A stretch of DNA of 33,248 nt from an uncultured Candidatus Moduliflexus sp. (GCA_964565315.1 CAZMEO010000007.1:1-33248), one strand, 5' to 3'; positions 10,309-18,636 are shown, numbered from the stretch's first letter. Numbers and translations: made by a program. Notes: generated by a model from the sequence alone, not told the origin.

Positions 10309-10986
10309 ATGAAAAAGTTTTTCAGCATTATCGCGTTGCTCATGTTGACAGTGGGAGTGGTTGCGGGGGAGGCGTCTGCCTACTCTTTTGGCTTTTCAGG
10401 AGCGTATTCAGTACAAAATTCTGTGTTAGACTTCAATCAGGCTGAGAATACGCCTCAATATACGTCTGGCATTGATGAGATAGAACCTGTTGGTTTTGAT
10501 AGCGTGCTGGTGGATGGGTCGTATGTGGTGTTATCTCCATTTACGTTGAATCTGACGCCTGCGTCTGATGCCGACGGCAAATATTACAGTTTCTTGAACA
10601 ATCCTTACGAAAACGGTTTTAAGGTGTATAATGCGGCTGGTACGTTGTTAATGACGGCTGACATTACGTTAGACAAATTATATACGTTTCAAACCGTCGG
10701 GTTTATTAACGCAGAGTTTGCGATGAATTTAACGGATGTCGTTATTTATCAGACCGGTTCGCCTATTTTGGATGCGTTTGTTGATGGCGGCGCGGTGAAC
10801 TTTACGTTGAATATGGCAAAGACTCAAGCGATTAAATCTCTTGATGATTTGATTGCGAAGGGAGGCAAGGGAACGTATTCTGCAACGGCTGCGCCTGCGC
10901 CAGTTCCCGAGCCGTCAACCGTGCTGCTGCTTGGCGGCGGGCTGTTAGGGATGGTGGCCTTTGGCCGCAAATATATGAAGAAGTAA
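10309..10986 (+). CDS. PEP-CTERM sorting-signal protein (secreted/cell-surface, function unknown)
   Basis: The signal peptide is MKKFFSIIALLMLTVGVVAGEASA. The C-terminus PVPEPSTVLLLGGGLLGMVAFGRKYMKK is a PEP motif, a TM helix and a basic tail. GGAGG at 10298-10302 lies 6 nt upstream of ATG 10309. The ORF-track start (TTG 10282) is less likely. Confidence 0.85.
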   Translation: MKKFFSIIALLMLTVGVVAGEASAYSFGFSGAYSVQNSVLDFNQAENTPQYTSGIDEIEPVGFDSVLVDGSYVVLSPFTLNLTPASDADGKYYSFLNNPYENGFKVYNAAGTLLMTADITLDKLYTFQTVGFINAEFAMNLTDVVIYQTGSPILDAFVDGGAVNFTLNMAKTQAIKSLDDLIAKGGKGTYSATAAPAPVPEPSTVLLLGGGLLGMVAFGRKYMKK

Positions 10987-11003
10987 TCGTTTCCGGCCAC
11001 AAC

Positions 11004-11041
11004 AAAAACGCCCTGTTTCGCAAGAAACAGGGCGTTTTTTT
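11004..11041. terminator. Bidirectional intrinsic terminator between convergent genes
   Basis: A perfect 16-bp stem (aaaaacgccctgtttc / gaaacagggcgttttt) closes a 4-nt loop (gcaa). An A-tract precedes the GC-rich core and a 7-T tract follows it. It lies 18 nt after the PEP-CTERM stop and abuts the stop of the minus-strand gene at 11040. Confidence 0.85.
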
Positions 11042-11705
11042 ATTTTCCCGCCGAATGCGGCGATTCAATATCGATAATGCGATAGCCGCAGGTGTTGATG
11101 ACGATGGTGCTGCCGAGTTCGGTTTTCCATTCATCATTCAATGTATAGCGATGCGTATGCCCATGAATGAAATAGCGGGGATGATACGCATCAATCAAGC
11201 GCAGAAACGCGCTGAACCCCCGATGGCAAAGGTCAGGTTTGTCATGAATTCCACGCGGCGGCGCATGGGTAATAATAATATCTAATGAATGGCGGGTCAG
11301 TTTATGCAGCCAGAGGCGCGGTGTCATCCGCAGAATTTTCTGGCGCATCTGGAATTCCGTGTATTGCTTCTGGCCGTTATTATACCGCATGCATCCTTCG
11401 AACCCGACGAACGACAGCCCGCGAAATCGTGTCAGATGACTATCAATATTGATGCATCCGCCCGGGTTTTTGACTTCGTCGCCCGATGTCGTCAGCATCG
11501 GCGTGGTGTGGTGATTGCCATAGACGTAGTAGAGGGGGACATTGAAGGTAGAAACCAGAAATTCTAAATAATAAAAAGGCAAATCTCCGCACGAAAGAAT
11601 CAACTCAATGCCTTGAAATCTTTCGGCGGCTTTGCTGCTGTAAAGTTTGCGTTCCACGGTATCGCTGACAGTCAAAATTTTCACAATGCGAATTTCCCCC
11701 CTCAA
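11040..11705 (-). CDS. Calcineurin-like metallophosphoesterase (small, YfcE/MJ0936-like size)
   Basis: Ordered motifs: LTVSD, SCGDLPF (GD), VYGNHH (GNH), ITHAPPRG, IHGHTHR (GHxH). The start is uncertain: TTG 11705 or GTG 11684. A TATAAT box (reverse complement of 11719-11724) lies just upstream. Confidence 0.8.
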   Translation of the reverse strand: MRGEIRIVKILTVSDTVERKLYSSKAAERFQGIELILSCGDLPFYYLEFLVSTFNVPLYYVYGNHHTTPMLTTSGDEVKNPGGCINIDSHLTRFRGLSFVGFEGCMRYNNGQKQYTEFQMRQKILRMTPRLWLHKLTRHSLDIIITHAPPRGIHDKPDLCHRGFSAFLRLIDAYHPRYFIHGHTHRYTLNDEWKTELGSTIVINTCGYRIIDIESPHSAGK

Positions 11706-12014
11706 AACTGCGGACAGAATTATACTGGCATTCTTATCGTTCTCAGGAACTGTTTACGTACCGACGGCCAGCTTTGTCCGTCGAGATTCCATGGCGGGAG
11801 ACATTCCTTGAAACGTCTCAACGCTGAACGCGCGATGAACACGGCTGTTTGTCGGTTCGTAAATAATGACAATTCTCAAATAGAAACGGCGAAGAGAATC
11901 GTCAAGCCTCTTTTAGTCGTTATTGAGAAATTTTTTGTTCCGGGCGGCGATACGCTTAGAGCGGGGCGATTCTGATGAAGGTTTTTTAACGGAGAACGGG
12001 TGTTGTGTTTTCGG

Positions 12015-12056
12015 CAAATACAAAGAAACTGTCAGATACCCTGCGGGCATCTGACA
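12015..12056 (-). terminator. Intrinsic terminator of the DEAD-box helicase gene
   Basis: On the minus strand the stem is ctgtcagat / atctgacag (12048-12056 / 12028-12036) with an 11-nt loop, followed by tttctttgtattt. It lies 23 nt after the stop at 12079. Confidence 0.7.
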
Positions 12057-12078
12057 GCATTCACTGTAGAGATGGCTG

Positions 12079-13857
12079 TTACTTCGATGACGAACCGCCG
12101 TCTGCCAATTGCACGGCCACTTCTTTTCCGTTGAATTCCACGCCTTCAAGAGCGGAGAGAATGGTGTTCGTGTAGTTTTCGTCCACCTCAAAAAATGAAA
12201 ATGTCTTCATCAAATCAATCCGCCCGATTTCAATGTGCTTTTTGCGGGTACAACGGTTGAGTAAGCCCATTAAATCGCGTGGAGTCAGGCTATCCTTGAA
12301 GCCGAGATTGATATGAAAACGGGTAAAGCCTTCTTCGGCGCGCCGGAATTGTTCCGCGCCCTGCTCACGTTCGCGCTCTTTGCCGCGTTCCCGGCGTTCG
12401 CTACGTTCACCACGCTCGCGGCGTTCCCTTCGTTCGCCGCCGCGCTCGCGACGCTCTCCGCGTTCTCCAGTTTCCTGGCGCGAGCGTTTTTTGCGTTTTT
12501 CGCCTTTTTCCGCGCTCAGTTCTTCTTTCGACATCTTTAATTCTTGAGCGTCGCGGTAATAATCTAAAAACCGGTTGAATTCCAGCGAGACAAAATGTTT
12601 GATCAGGTCTTCGCGGCTCAGCCACTCTAATTTCTCATACACGATTGGAAGAAACCGGTCAATCTCTTTGTGATCAACTTCAATCGTCTCTAATCGGTCC
12701 ACCAGACTTAATAACTGCTTTTCGCAGACATCGTCGCCAGTGGGAATCGGCTTTTGCGTAAATGTTTTTCGTAACTGGCTTTCCAGTTGTTTGATGCGAT
12801 ATTTTTCTTTTAAATTGACAATCGCGACGGAAATGCCTTTTTTCCCCGCGCGTCCCGTTCGTCCGCTGCGATGCGTATAGACGGCGTTTTCATCTGGCAG
12901 GTTGTAATTGATGACATGCGTCAGGTCTTTCACATCCAGTCCGCGTGCGGCCACATCCGTCGCCACTAATAATTGCAGGTTTTTGACCCGGAATTTGTGC
13001 ATGATGCTTTCCCGCTGCGCCTGGGACAATTCCCCATGCAGCGCGTCGGCATTGTAGCCGTCTTGAATCAATTTATTGGCGATTTCCTGCGTTTCCGTGC
13101 GAGTGCGGCAGAAAATAATGCCATAAATCTCCGGGTAAAAATCAATCACGCGCTTTAACGCGAGATAGCGCTGTCTGGACGGCACGACATATAAAATATG
13201 CTCGACATCTTCCGCGCCAGCGTTCACCTGACCGGCGGCAACCTGTTTCGGCGAGCGCATGTATTGCTTTGAAATTTGCAGCACTTCTTTCGGCATGGTG
13301 GCGGAGAAGAGAAGCGTGCGTTTCGATTCCGGCGTCTGTTCAAGAATGGCATCCAGTTCTTCTTTGAATCCCATGTTGAGCATTTCGTCGGCTTCATCCA
13401 GCACAACGGTGCGCACGTCATCAAGCTGCACGATTCTCTGCTTATTCAAGAGATCGTTCATGCGGCCTGGCGTGGCGACAATCACATGCGCCCCTTGCTG
13501 AAGCGACCGAATCTGTCGCCCCATGTCCGCGCCGCCATACACGGCGACGACGTGCAATTCTGGCACATACCTGGCAAAATTTTTCATATCGCCCGCGATC
13601 TGCTGGCAGAGTTCGCGAGTTGGCGCAAGAATCAAGGCTTGCGGGCTTCTGGTATCAATGTCTGTTTGTTGAATAATCGGCAGGCCGAATGCTGCAGTTT
13701 TTCCCGTGCCAGTTTGCGCGAGGCCGATCACATCTTCATGCGCGCTCAAGAGCATGGGAATCACTTTTTCCTGAATCGGCATGGGGTGAACGAATCCTAA
13801 TTCTTGAATGCTTTTTAAAACGTGTGCGGTAATTCCTAAATCTTCAAATGTGGTCAT
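12079..13857 (-). CDS. deaD: DEAD-box ATP-dependent RNA helicase with Arg/Glu-rich linker and DbpA-like C-terminal RNA-binding domain
   Basis: Motifs present: Q motif FVHPMPIQ, motif I AQTGTGKTAAF, Ia PTRELCQQ, II VLDEADEML, III FSATMP, VI HRSGRTGRAG. The linker is low-complexity (GERGERRERGGERRERRERGERSERRERGKERERE). The tail is DbpA-like (FTRFHINLGFKDSLTPRDLMGLL...). The likely start is ATG 13857 (MTTFEDLGI) with AAGGAA upstream. The ORF-track start at 13911 is less likely. Confidence 0.9.
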   Translation of the reverse strand: MTTFEDLGITAHVLKSIQELGFVHPMPIQEKVIPMLLSAHEDVIGLAQTGTGKTAAFGLPIIQQTDIDTRSPQALILAPTRELCQQIAGDMKNFARYVPELHVVAVYGGADMGRQIRSLQQGAHVIVATPGRMNDLLNKQRIVQLDDVRTVVLDEADEMLNMGFKEELDAILEQTPESKRTLLFSATMPKEVLQISKQYMRSPKQVAAGQVNAGAEDVEHILYVVPSRQRYLALKRVIDFYPEIYGIIFCRTRTETQEIANKLIQDGYNADALHGELSQAQRESIMHKFRVKNLQLLVATDVAARGLDVKDLTHVINYNLPDENAVYTHRSGRTGRAGKKGISVAIVNLKEKYRIKQLESQLRKTFTQKPIPTGDDVCEKQLLSLVDRLETIEVDHKEIDRFLPIVYEKLEWLSREDLIKHFVSLEFNRFLDYYRDAQELKMSKEELSAEKGEKRKKRSRQETGERGERRERGGERRERRERGERSERRERGKEREREQGAEQFRRAEEGFTRFHINLGFKDSLTPRDLMGLLNRCTRKKHIEIGRIDLMKTFSFFEVDENYTNTILSALEGVEFNGKEVAVQLADGGSSSK

Positions 13858-13923
13858 GCAATTTCCTTTGCTATGGAGTATAAAAGTAGGCGAGGATTTC
13901 CTGGCAGGCATCTGCGTTGACGC

Positions 13924-13962
13924 AGAAAAAGAAAAGGCATCTCACAGAAAATGAGATGCCTT
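13924..13962 (-). terminator. Intrinsic terminator of the cold-shock gene
   Basis: On the minus strand the stem is aaggcatctca / tgagatgcctt (13952-13962 / 13934-13944) with a 7-nt loop, followed by ttcttttt. It lies 18 nt after the csp stop. Confidence 0.8.
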
Positions 13963-13979
13963 GCCTGAAAATTTGCAGA

Positions 13980-14180
13980 TTATAATTTGGTTACATTCTG
14001 CGCTGCAGGGCCTTTTTTGCCTGCGCCGATATCGAAGGTCACGCGATCACCCTCTGATAATGTTTTAAATCCCGTTCCAAGAATTTCGCTATGATGAACA
14101 AACACGTCATCGCCGTTTTCTTGTTCGATAAAACCATAACCTTTCTGATCGCTAAACCATTTGACTATTCCTTGTGCCAC
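13980..14180 (-). CDS. cspA: Cold-shock protein, CspA family (CSD)
   Basis: 66 aa. [33 protein letters not shown] carries RNP1 (KGYGFI) and RNP2 (VFVHH). Confidence 0.95.
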   Translation of the reverse strand: MAQGIVKWFSDQKGYGFIEQENGDDVFVHHSEILGTGFKTLSEGDRVTFDIGAGKKGPAAQNVTKL

Positions 14181-14303
14181 AGTTGTATTCTCCTGTATAA
14201 ATTTGTGTAAAGTTGTGAGTGCTGCTACGGTAAGCTTGTAGGGATATTCGTAAGAGGGGGTGATCCAAGATCAAAACCAATCTGCAAATATGTACAAACT
14301 ATG

Positions 14304-14358
14304 ATTCATAAACTTTAAAAGGCCGTTTCATGTCAATAAAAAAAATCATTTTTTTAGA
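14304..14358 (-). promoter_or_regulatory. Candidate csp promoter: TTGACA -35 box with upstream A/T (UP-like) tract; -10 ambiguous
   Basis: The reverse complement of 14331-14336 is TTGACA. It is preceded on the minus strand by aaaaaaatgatttttttt. The best -10-like strings (TTTATGAAT, reverse complement of 14304-14312) are not at ideal spacing. This start site would give a >100-nt leader, as is typical of csp genes. Confidence 0.3.
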
Positions 14359-14378
14359 ATTTTTTGTAATTTTTACCA

Positions 14379-14461
14379 CGAAACATACGAAATACACGAA
14401 AATATGAGGCTTTCCCCCTAAGGAAGATCGGAAAAATATCCTGATGTTTTCGTGTGTTTCG
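14379..14461. repeat. Array of CGAAA-N4 9-mers: three tandem direct copies plus two inverted copies
   Basis: 14379-14405 reads cgaaacata|cgaaataca|cgaaaatat. 14444-14461 is the reverse complement of cgaaacaca|cgaaaacat. Together, 14375-14392 and 14448-14465 form a 17/18 inverted repeat with a 55-nt spacer. The array sits between the stop of the 14474 gene and the csp upstream region. Confidence 0.75.
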
Positions 14462-14473
14462 TGGTCGCGCGGT

Positions 14474-15631
14474 TTAAAATCGCGGCTGCCTGCGCCAATG
14501 CTGTTCGCGCCTGGATGCAGCAGAGCGGCTGATATTCAGGGCAGTCCAGAGCAGCAGCATTTGTTGAACGTGTTTGTTGCGCCCCACATGGTGATCCCAG
14601 TTGAATTTCAGCACGTCTTTGATGCGCTGGCTGACTTTGGCTTCCGGAGTGGGAAGTTGAACCATGCGGATGTCAATGCCGTCCCGTTTGACAAACACAT
14701 GCAAATAATGATGCACGTTCTGCGGCTGCCAGAGCGCGCCGCCGCCGCCGCCCGTCACGATATACCGAATGCCGCGCTTTTCGAATTCGGTAAAGACATG
14801 CACATGTGATCCGAACACCATTTCCACGCCATAACGCTCCATGAGAGTTAAAAAACGGTGCGCGTTGGCGGAGGCGGAAAAGGCGAGATAATTGTATTTC
14901 GGGCAGACAGGAGGGCGATGCAAAAAGACAAACACCCGGTCGCCTTTCTGCTGCGCCACCTGCAATTCGCGCTCCAGCCATTTGTATTGAAATTTCTGCA
15001 AGCCCCGCTTGCGCGAGCTATCTAAGACGATAAACGTGGCATGATTCACGGAAAAGGAATAATAAAACGGCGCCAGCAGATTGCGATAGGTGGCGCGTCC
15101 GCCGATGGCGCGTTTATCGTGATTGCCGAGCGACGTAAAGACCGGCACGGTCGCTTTGCTGGCAATGTCGGAAAAGGCGTGAAAATCTTCCAGCCGCCCG
15201 CTATGCGTCATGTCGCCATTTGCCATGATAAACAGCGGATCAAGCTGGTTCGCCGACTCAATCACCGATTCGAAATGATGAAACATGCCATGTACGTCGC
15301 CGATAAAGAGAAAATCGAATTCTTCAGCAGTATGAGGTGGAGCGAGCAGGATTTTCTGCGTTCTGAGTCCGCTGACATCGCAAAGCACGCCGGTTTCAGA
15401 GCGCAGCAGATTCGCAATCGTTCCGTCGGGCGAGGTTACGTTAATCTCATGGCCGCGCACGTTTTCGAAAAAGAGCGTCAGGGGTTGGCGATATTGGGCG
15501 ACAGAAGGACGGAAAATCGTCACGTCGAGTTCGAAGCCGGTGGCTCGAATTACCGCCACGTTTTTTTCGAAGGATCGCAGAAAGCCTCCGCGAATCGTCA
15601 AGAGCGGAGGATCAGTGATAATGTTTTCCAT
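14474..15631 (-). CDS. Calcineurin-like metallophosphoesterase with extra ~100-aa N-terminal domain
   Basis: Motifs: FIGDVHG (DxH), ANGDMTHSG (GD), LGNHDKR (GNHD), FLHRPP, GSHVHVF. AAGGAG precedes ATG 15631. The gene lies 16 nt downstream of glgA. Confidence 0.85.
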   Translation of the reverse strand: MENIITDPPLLTIRGGFLRSFEKNVAVIRATGFELDVTIFRPSVAQYRQPLTLFFENVRGHEINVTSPDGTIANLLRSETGVLCDVSGLRTQKILLAPPHTAEEFDFLFIGDVHGMFHHFESVIESANQLDPLFIMANGDMTHSGRLEDFHAFSDIASKATVPVFTSLGNHDKRAIGGRATYRNLLAPFYYSFSVNHATFIVLDSSRKRGLQKFQYKWLERELQVAQQKGDRVFVFLHRPPVCPKYNYLAFSASANAHRFLTLMERYGVEMVFGSHVHVFTEFEKRGIRYIVTGGGGGALWQPQNVHHYLHVFVKRDGIDIRMVQLPTPEAKVSQRIKDVLKFNWDHHVGRNKHVQQMLLLWTALNISRSAASRREQHWRRQPRF

Positions 15632-15647
15632 AGATTCTCACTCCTTT

Positions 15648-17141
15648 CTAATGATTCCCTTTTCCCTTGTTCAAGAGCATCAGATACAGGTCTTTATATT
15701 TTTTGGCGGTATATTCCCAGGAATAATCGGCTCGCATGGCGTTATTCTGCAACAGTTCCCAGAGCGGCTCATTCTGATACACGGCAATGGCTTCGCGCAG
15801 TTTTTCACAGAGCGCTTCCGGCGTATAGGCCGCAAATTTGAAGCCTGTCCCTTTCCCGCTTTCCACTGAAAATTCCGTCACCGTATCATCGAGGCCGCCA
15901 GTGGCTCGCACCACCGGAATCGTCCCATATTTCAGGGCATACATCTGCGTGACGCCGCATGGCTCGCTTTGGTACGGCATCAGGATCATATCCGCTCCGG
16001 CCAGAATTTTATGTTTGAGCGCCTCGTCATAGTCGGTGAAGCAGCGGACATGCTTGCGATGCGCCGCCATCATCTCGCCGAGCAGCTTGGCATAGGGATC
16101 GTAACGATAGGGGGCATCATTCAGGAAAATAAACTGAAGCGGGAGTTCCATCATCTGATTTGCCGCCGCGACGAGCAATTCAATCCCCTTTTCTCGGTAC
16201 ATCGGAGCAATCATGCCGACTAACGGGCGTTCAATATGCCGCTCCAATCCGCAGAATTCCAGGATGTCGCGCTTGCAGCGATGTTTTTTATGCAGATCAA
16301 CTTTCGTGTAATTACTGAGAATAAACGGGTCAATGCGCGGATCGAACGGCTTATATTCCACGCCGTTGATCACGCCGTATAAATCCTTGCTGCGCTGTTG
16401 GAACACCCCTTCCATGCCTCGTCCGAATTCTGGCGTCTCGATTTCATAACGATATTGCTTGCTCACGGTATTCAGCAGATCGGCAAACACCACGCCAGCC
16501 TTCAAAAATGAAAATTGGCCGTAATATTCGACGCCTTCCGGGGTGAACGTGGAGGGCGGCAGACCGCTCTGCTCGAACGCGCTGCGCGGGAAACAGCCCT
16601 GATGCAGCAGATCATGCACTGTAAAGACCGATTTGATCGGCGCATACATCGGGTCCTGCGAAAAGGCCGGAAGCGTTTTGAGATACGCCGGAATCAGCCC
16701 CGTATGCCAGTCGTGGCAATGAATAATGTCCGGGTAAAATCCAATTTGCCGGAGCGTTTCAAGCGCGGCAACATTAAAGAAACAAAACCGGTCATCGTTA
16801 TCACTATAGGAACTTCCCGGCGGTCCATACAGCGTATCGCGGTCGAAAAACCGCGCTTTTTCAATGAGATATACCGGCACTTCTTCCGACGCGGTCAGTT
16901 CATCACGATAGATCGCCGTTTCCTTAAACCGATTCATCGTGATCAGCGTCATTTCCGGCACCAAGCGCTTCATGCTGTGGCTTTCAATCAACTTCTGGTA
17001 TTTCGGAAGAATCAGGCGCACATCGATGCGCTCGCGTTTCAAGGCTCTCGCCAATCCGCCGACGGCTCGCCCTAATTCTCCCGTGCTGACCAACGGGGCG
17101 GCCTCCGCGGCGACAATCATGACTTTTAATGGTACGGGCAT
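15648..17141 (-). CDS. glgA: Glycogen (starch) synthase, GT5 family
   Basis: Signature motifs: KVMIVAAEAAPLVSTGELGRAVGGLARAL, CHDWHTGLIPAYLK and EPCGVTQMYALKYGTIPVVRATGGLDDTV. ATG 17141 (MPVPLKV...) avoids overlap with the upstream gene. The ORF-track start at 17192 would overlap it by 41 nt. Confidence 0.9.
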   Translation of the reverse strand: MPVPLKVMIVAAEAAPLVSTGELGRAVGGLARALKRERIDVRLILPKYQKLIESHSMKRLVPEMTLITMNRFKETAIYRDELTASEEVPVYLIEKARFFDRDTLYGPPGSSYSDNDDRFCFFNVAALETLRQIGFYPDIIHCHDWHTGLIPAYLKTLPAFSQDPMYAPIKSVFTVHDLLHQGCFPRSAFEQSGLPPSTFTPEGVEYYGQFSFLKAGVVFADLLNTVSKQYRYEIETPEFGRGMEGVFQQRSKDLYGVINGVEYKPFDPRIDPFILSNYTKVDLHKKHRCKRDILEFCGLERHIERPLVGMIAPMYREKGIELLVAAANQMMELPLQFIFLNDAPYRYDPYAKLLGEMMAAHRKHVRCFTDYDEALKHKILAGADMILMPYQSEPCGVTQMYALKYGTIPVVRATGGLDDTVTEFSVESGKGTGFKFAAYTPEALCEKLREAIAVYQNEPLWELLQNNAMRADYSWEYTAKKYKDLYLMLLNKGKGNH

Positions 17142-17151
17142 AATCGCTGTG

Positions 17152-18483
17152 TCATGCGGCATCTGCGAGCAGAATCCGCAAATCCATGACATTCGTGTTC
17201 GTTGGGCCGGTTTTCACGAGATCGCCGAGCGTGTCGAAAAAGTGATGCGAATCGTTGTTGGCAAGCAACGCCAAAGGATCAAGCCCCTGCGTTCGGGCGC
17301 GTGCCAGCGTGTCGCCATCCGCCATCGCGCCTGCCGCGTCGGTGGGGCCGTCCGTGCCGTCCGTTCCGGCGCTGAACGCAACGACGCCGGACAATCCGGC
17401 GATGTCGAGCGCGACGGCCAGCGCAAATTCTTGATTACGCCCGCCCACGCCATGACCTCGAATCGTGACGGTGGTTTCTCCGCCGGAAATGACGCAGGCC
17501 GGGCGCGGCAGCGGGTTGCCGGATTGCAGAATTTCTTTGAGGATCGCCGCATGAACTTTCGCCACGTCTTTCGTTTCTCCTTCGATTGTGGTGGATAAAA
17601 TCAGCGTGTGATAGCCGAGCGAACGCGCTTGCTCGGCGGCGGCCTGCGCGGCCTGAATATTGCTGCCAATAATGACGTTTTGTGTGTGGTCGAACAACGG
17701 ATCGCCGATTTTGGGCGTATCGGCAATCTCGCCGCGCGCGCCGCGCATGATATGGTCGCGCACTGAGTGCGGCAACTCTTCGAACAGATGAAACCGCTCG
17801 AAAATCGCAAGAGAGTCGGCAAACGTAAAGGAATCCGGGACAGTCGGTCCGGAGGCAATCGTATCCAGCGGATCGCCGATGACATCAGATAGTATCAGGG
17901 AAATCATCGTGGCTGGAGCGGCGATCCGCGCAAATTGTCCTCCTTTGATGGCGGAGATATGCTTGCGAATTGCGTTCATATCGTGAATCGTCGCGCCGCA
18001 ACGCAACAACAGCGAGGTGACGGCTTGCTTTTCTTCCAGCGTAATGCCCTCTGCCGGAGCGGGAAGCAAAGCCGAGCCGCCGCCGGAAATCAGGCAGATC
18101 ACCAAATCGTCGGCAGCCGCCTGTTCCAACAGGCGAATGATCTGCCGGACGCCATGCGCCCCGGCGATATCTGGCATAGGATGACTGGCTTCATGCAGGG
18201 TGATGAGGCGGGTCGGGGCAAGATGCGCGTATTTGACATTCACCCAGCCTGCGGAGATGCGATCCCCCACAATCTCTTCGATGCCTTGCGCCATTGACGC
18301 GCCTGCTTTGCCGCCTCCGATGACGTAAATATGGCGATAGGCGTTCAAGTCGTATTGTGTGGCGCCGACGGTCAGGATTGCGCCATCACGCTGAACATGC
18401 CGGTGAATGGCGGCAATCGGGTCAACGGCGCGGAGTCCCGCGTTGAAAATCTCGCGGGCGTGTTGTCGTAATCGTTCGTTCAT
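17152..18483 (-). CDS. Glycerate 2-kinase / hydroxypyruvate reductase-like protein (DUF4147 + MOFRL family)
   Basis: The N-terminus (AREIFNAGLRAVDP...YVIGGGKAGASMA) and the C-terminal ISGGETTVT...GGRNQEFALA...GTDGTDGPTDAAGA are typical of MOFRL-family glycerate kinases. GGAGG precedes ATG 18483. Confidence 0.85.
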   Translation of the reverse strand: MNERLRQHAREIFNAGLRAVDPIAAIHRHVQRDGAILTVGATQYDLNAYRHIYVIGGGKAGASMAQGIEEIVGDRISAGWVNVKYAHLAPTRLITLHEASHPMPDIAGAHGVRQIIRLLEQAAADDLVICLISGGGSALLPAPAEGITLEEKQAVTSLLLRCGATIHDMNAIRKHISAIKGGQFARIAAPATMISLILSDVIGDPLDTIASGPTVPDSFTFADSLAIFERFHLFEELPHSVRDHIMRGARGEIADTPKIGDPLFDHTQNVIIGSNIQAAQAAAEQARSLGYHTLILSTTIEGETKDVAKVHAAILKEILQSGNPLPRPACVISGGETTVTIRGHGVGGRNQEFALAVALDIAGLSGVVAFSAGTDGTDGPTDAAGAMADGDTLARARTQGLDPLALLANNDSHHFFDTLGDLVKTGPTNTNVMDLRILLADAA

Positions 18484-18509
18484 CTCGTTCCTCCAGCATT
18501 CTAATGCGC

Positions 18510-18538
18510 AGCATAGAAAGACAAGGAAATCTTGTCAA
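18510..18538 (-). promoter_or_regulatory. Sigma70-type promoter for the glycerate kinase-glgA-phosphoesterase operon
   Basis: On the minus strand: TTGACA (reverse complement of 18533-18538), a 17-nt spacer, then TATGCT (reverse complement of 18510-18515). This sits ~25 nt upstream of the GGAGG/ATG of the 18483 gene. Confidence 0.5.
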
Positions 18539-18608
18539 CCGGAAAGATTGAGAGATTCTTTCTTTCTTTGTGAAATGCGTGAAAAAGATGCAATTCAAAG
18601 AAAAACCC

Positions 18609-18636
18609 TTGCCAAAACTCTCTTGCAACATATATG
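18609..18636 (+). promoter_or_regulatory. Candidate divergent promoter for the SBP/sensor-PP2C module
   Basis: TTGCCA (18609-18614), a 16-nt spacer, then TATATG (18631-18636). It is embedded in a palindrome-rich stretch (aacatatatgtt, ttacgtaa). This start site implies a ~150-nt leader. Confidence 0.3.

Noticed and set aside
11613-12191. ORFs 11613-11975 (+) and 11913-12191 (-) in the spacer between the phosphoesterase and helicase genes
   Set aside because: They overlap the helicase terminator and the phosphoesterase promoter region, lack an SD and lack motifs. They are probably non-coding.
12313-12540. Repetitive DNA in the helicase gene considered as a tandem repeat or CRISPR-like array
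   Set aside because: The periodicity is irregular and simply encodes the in-frame Arg/Glu low-complexity linker. There is no repeat-spacer architecture.
13224-13800. Plus-strand ORFs antisense to the helicase (13259-13501, 13276-13800) and a minus-strand out-of-frame ORF (13224-13424)
   Set aside because: The helicase frame carries all DEAD-box motifs. The alternatives are shadow ORFs.
14444-17598. Large plus-strand ORFs across the phosphoesterase/glgA/glycerate kinase operon (14444-14809, 15041-15841, 15540-15869, 16515-17075, 16939-17598)
   Set aside because: They lie antisense to three genes with strong family motifs. Their translations are Arg-rich and motif-free.
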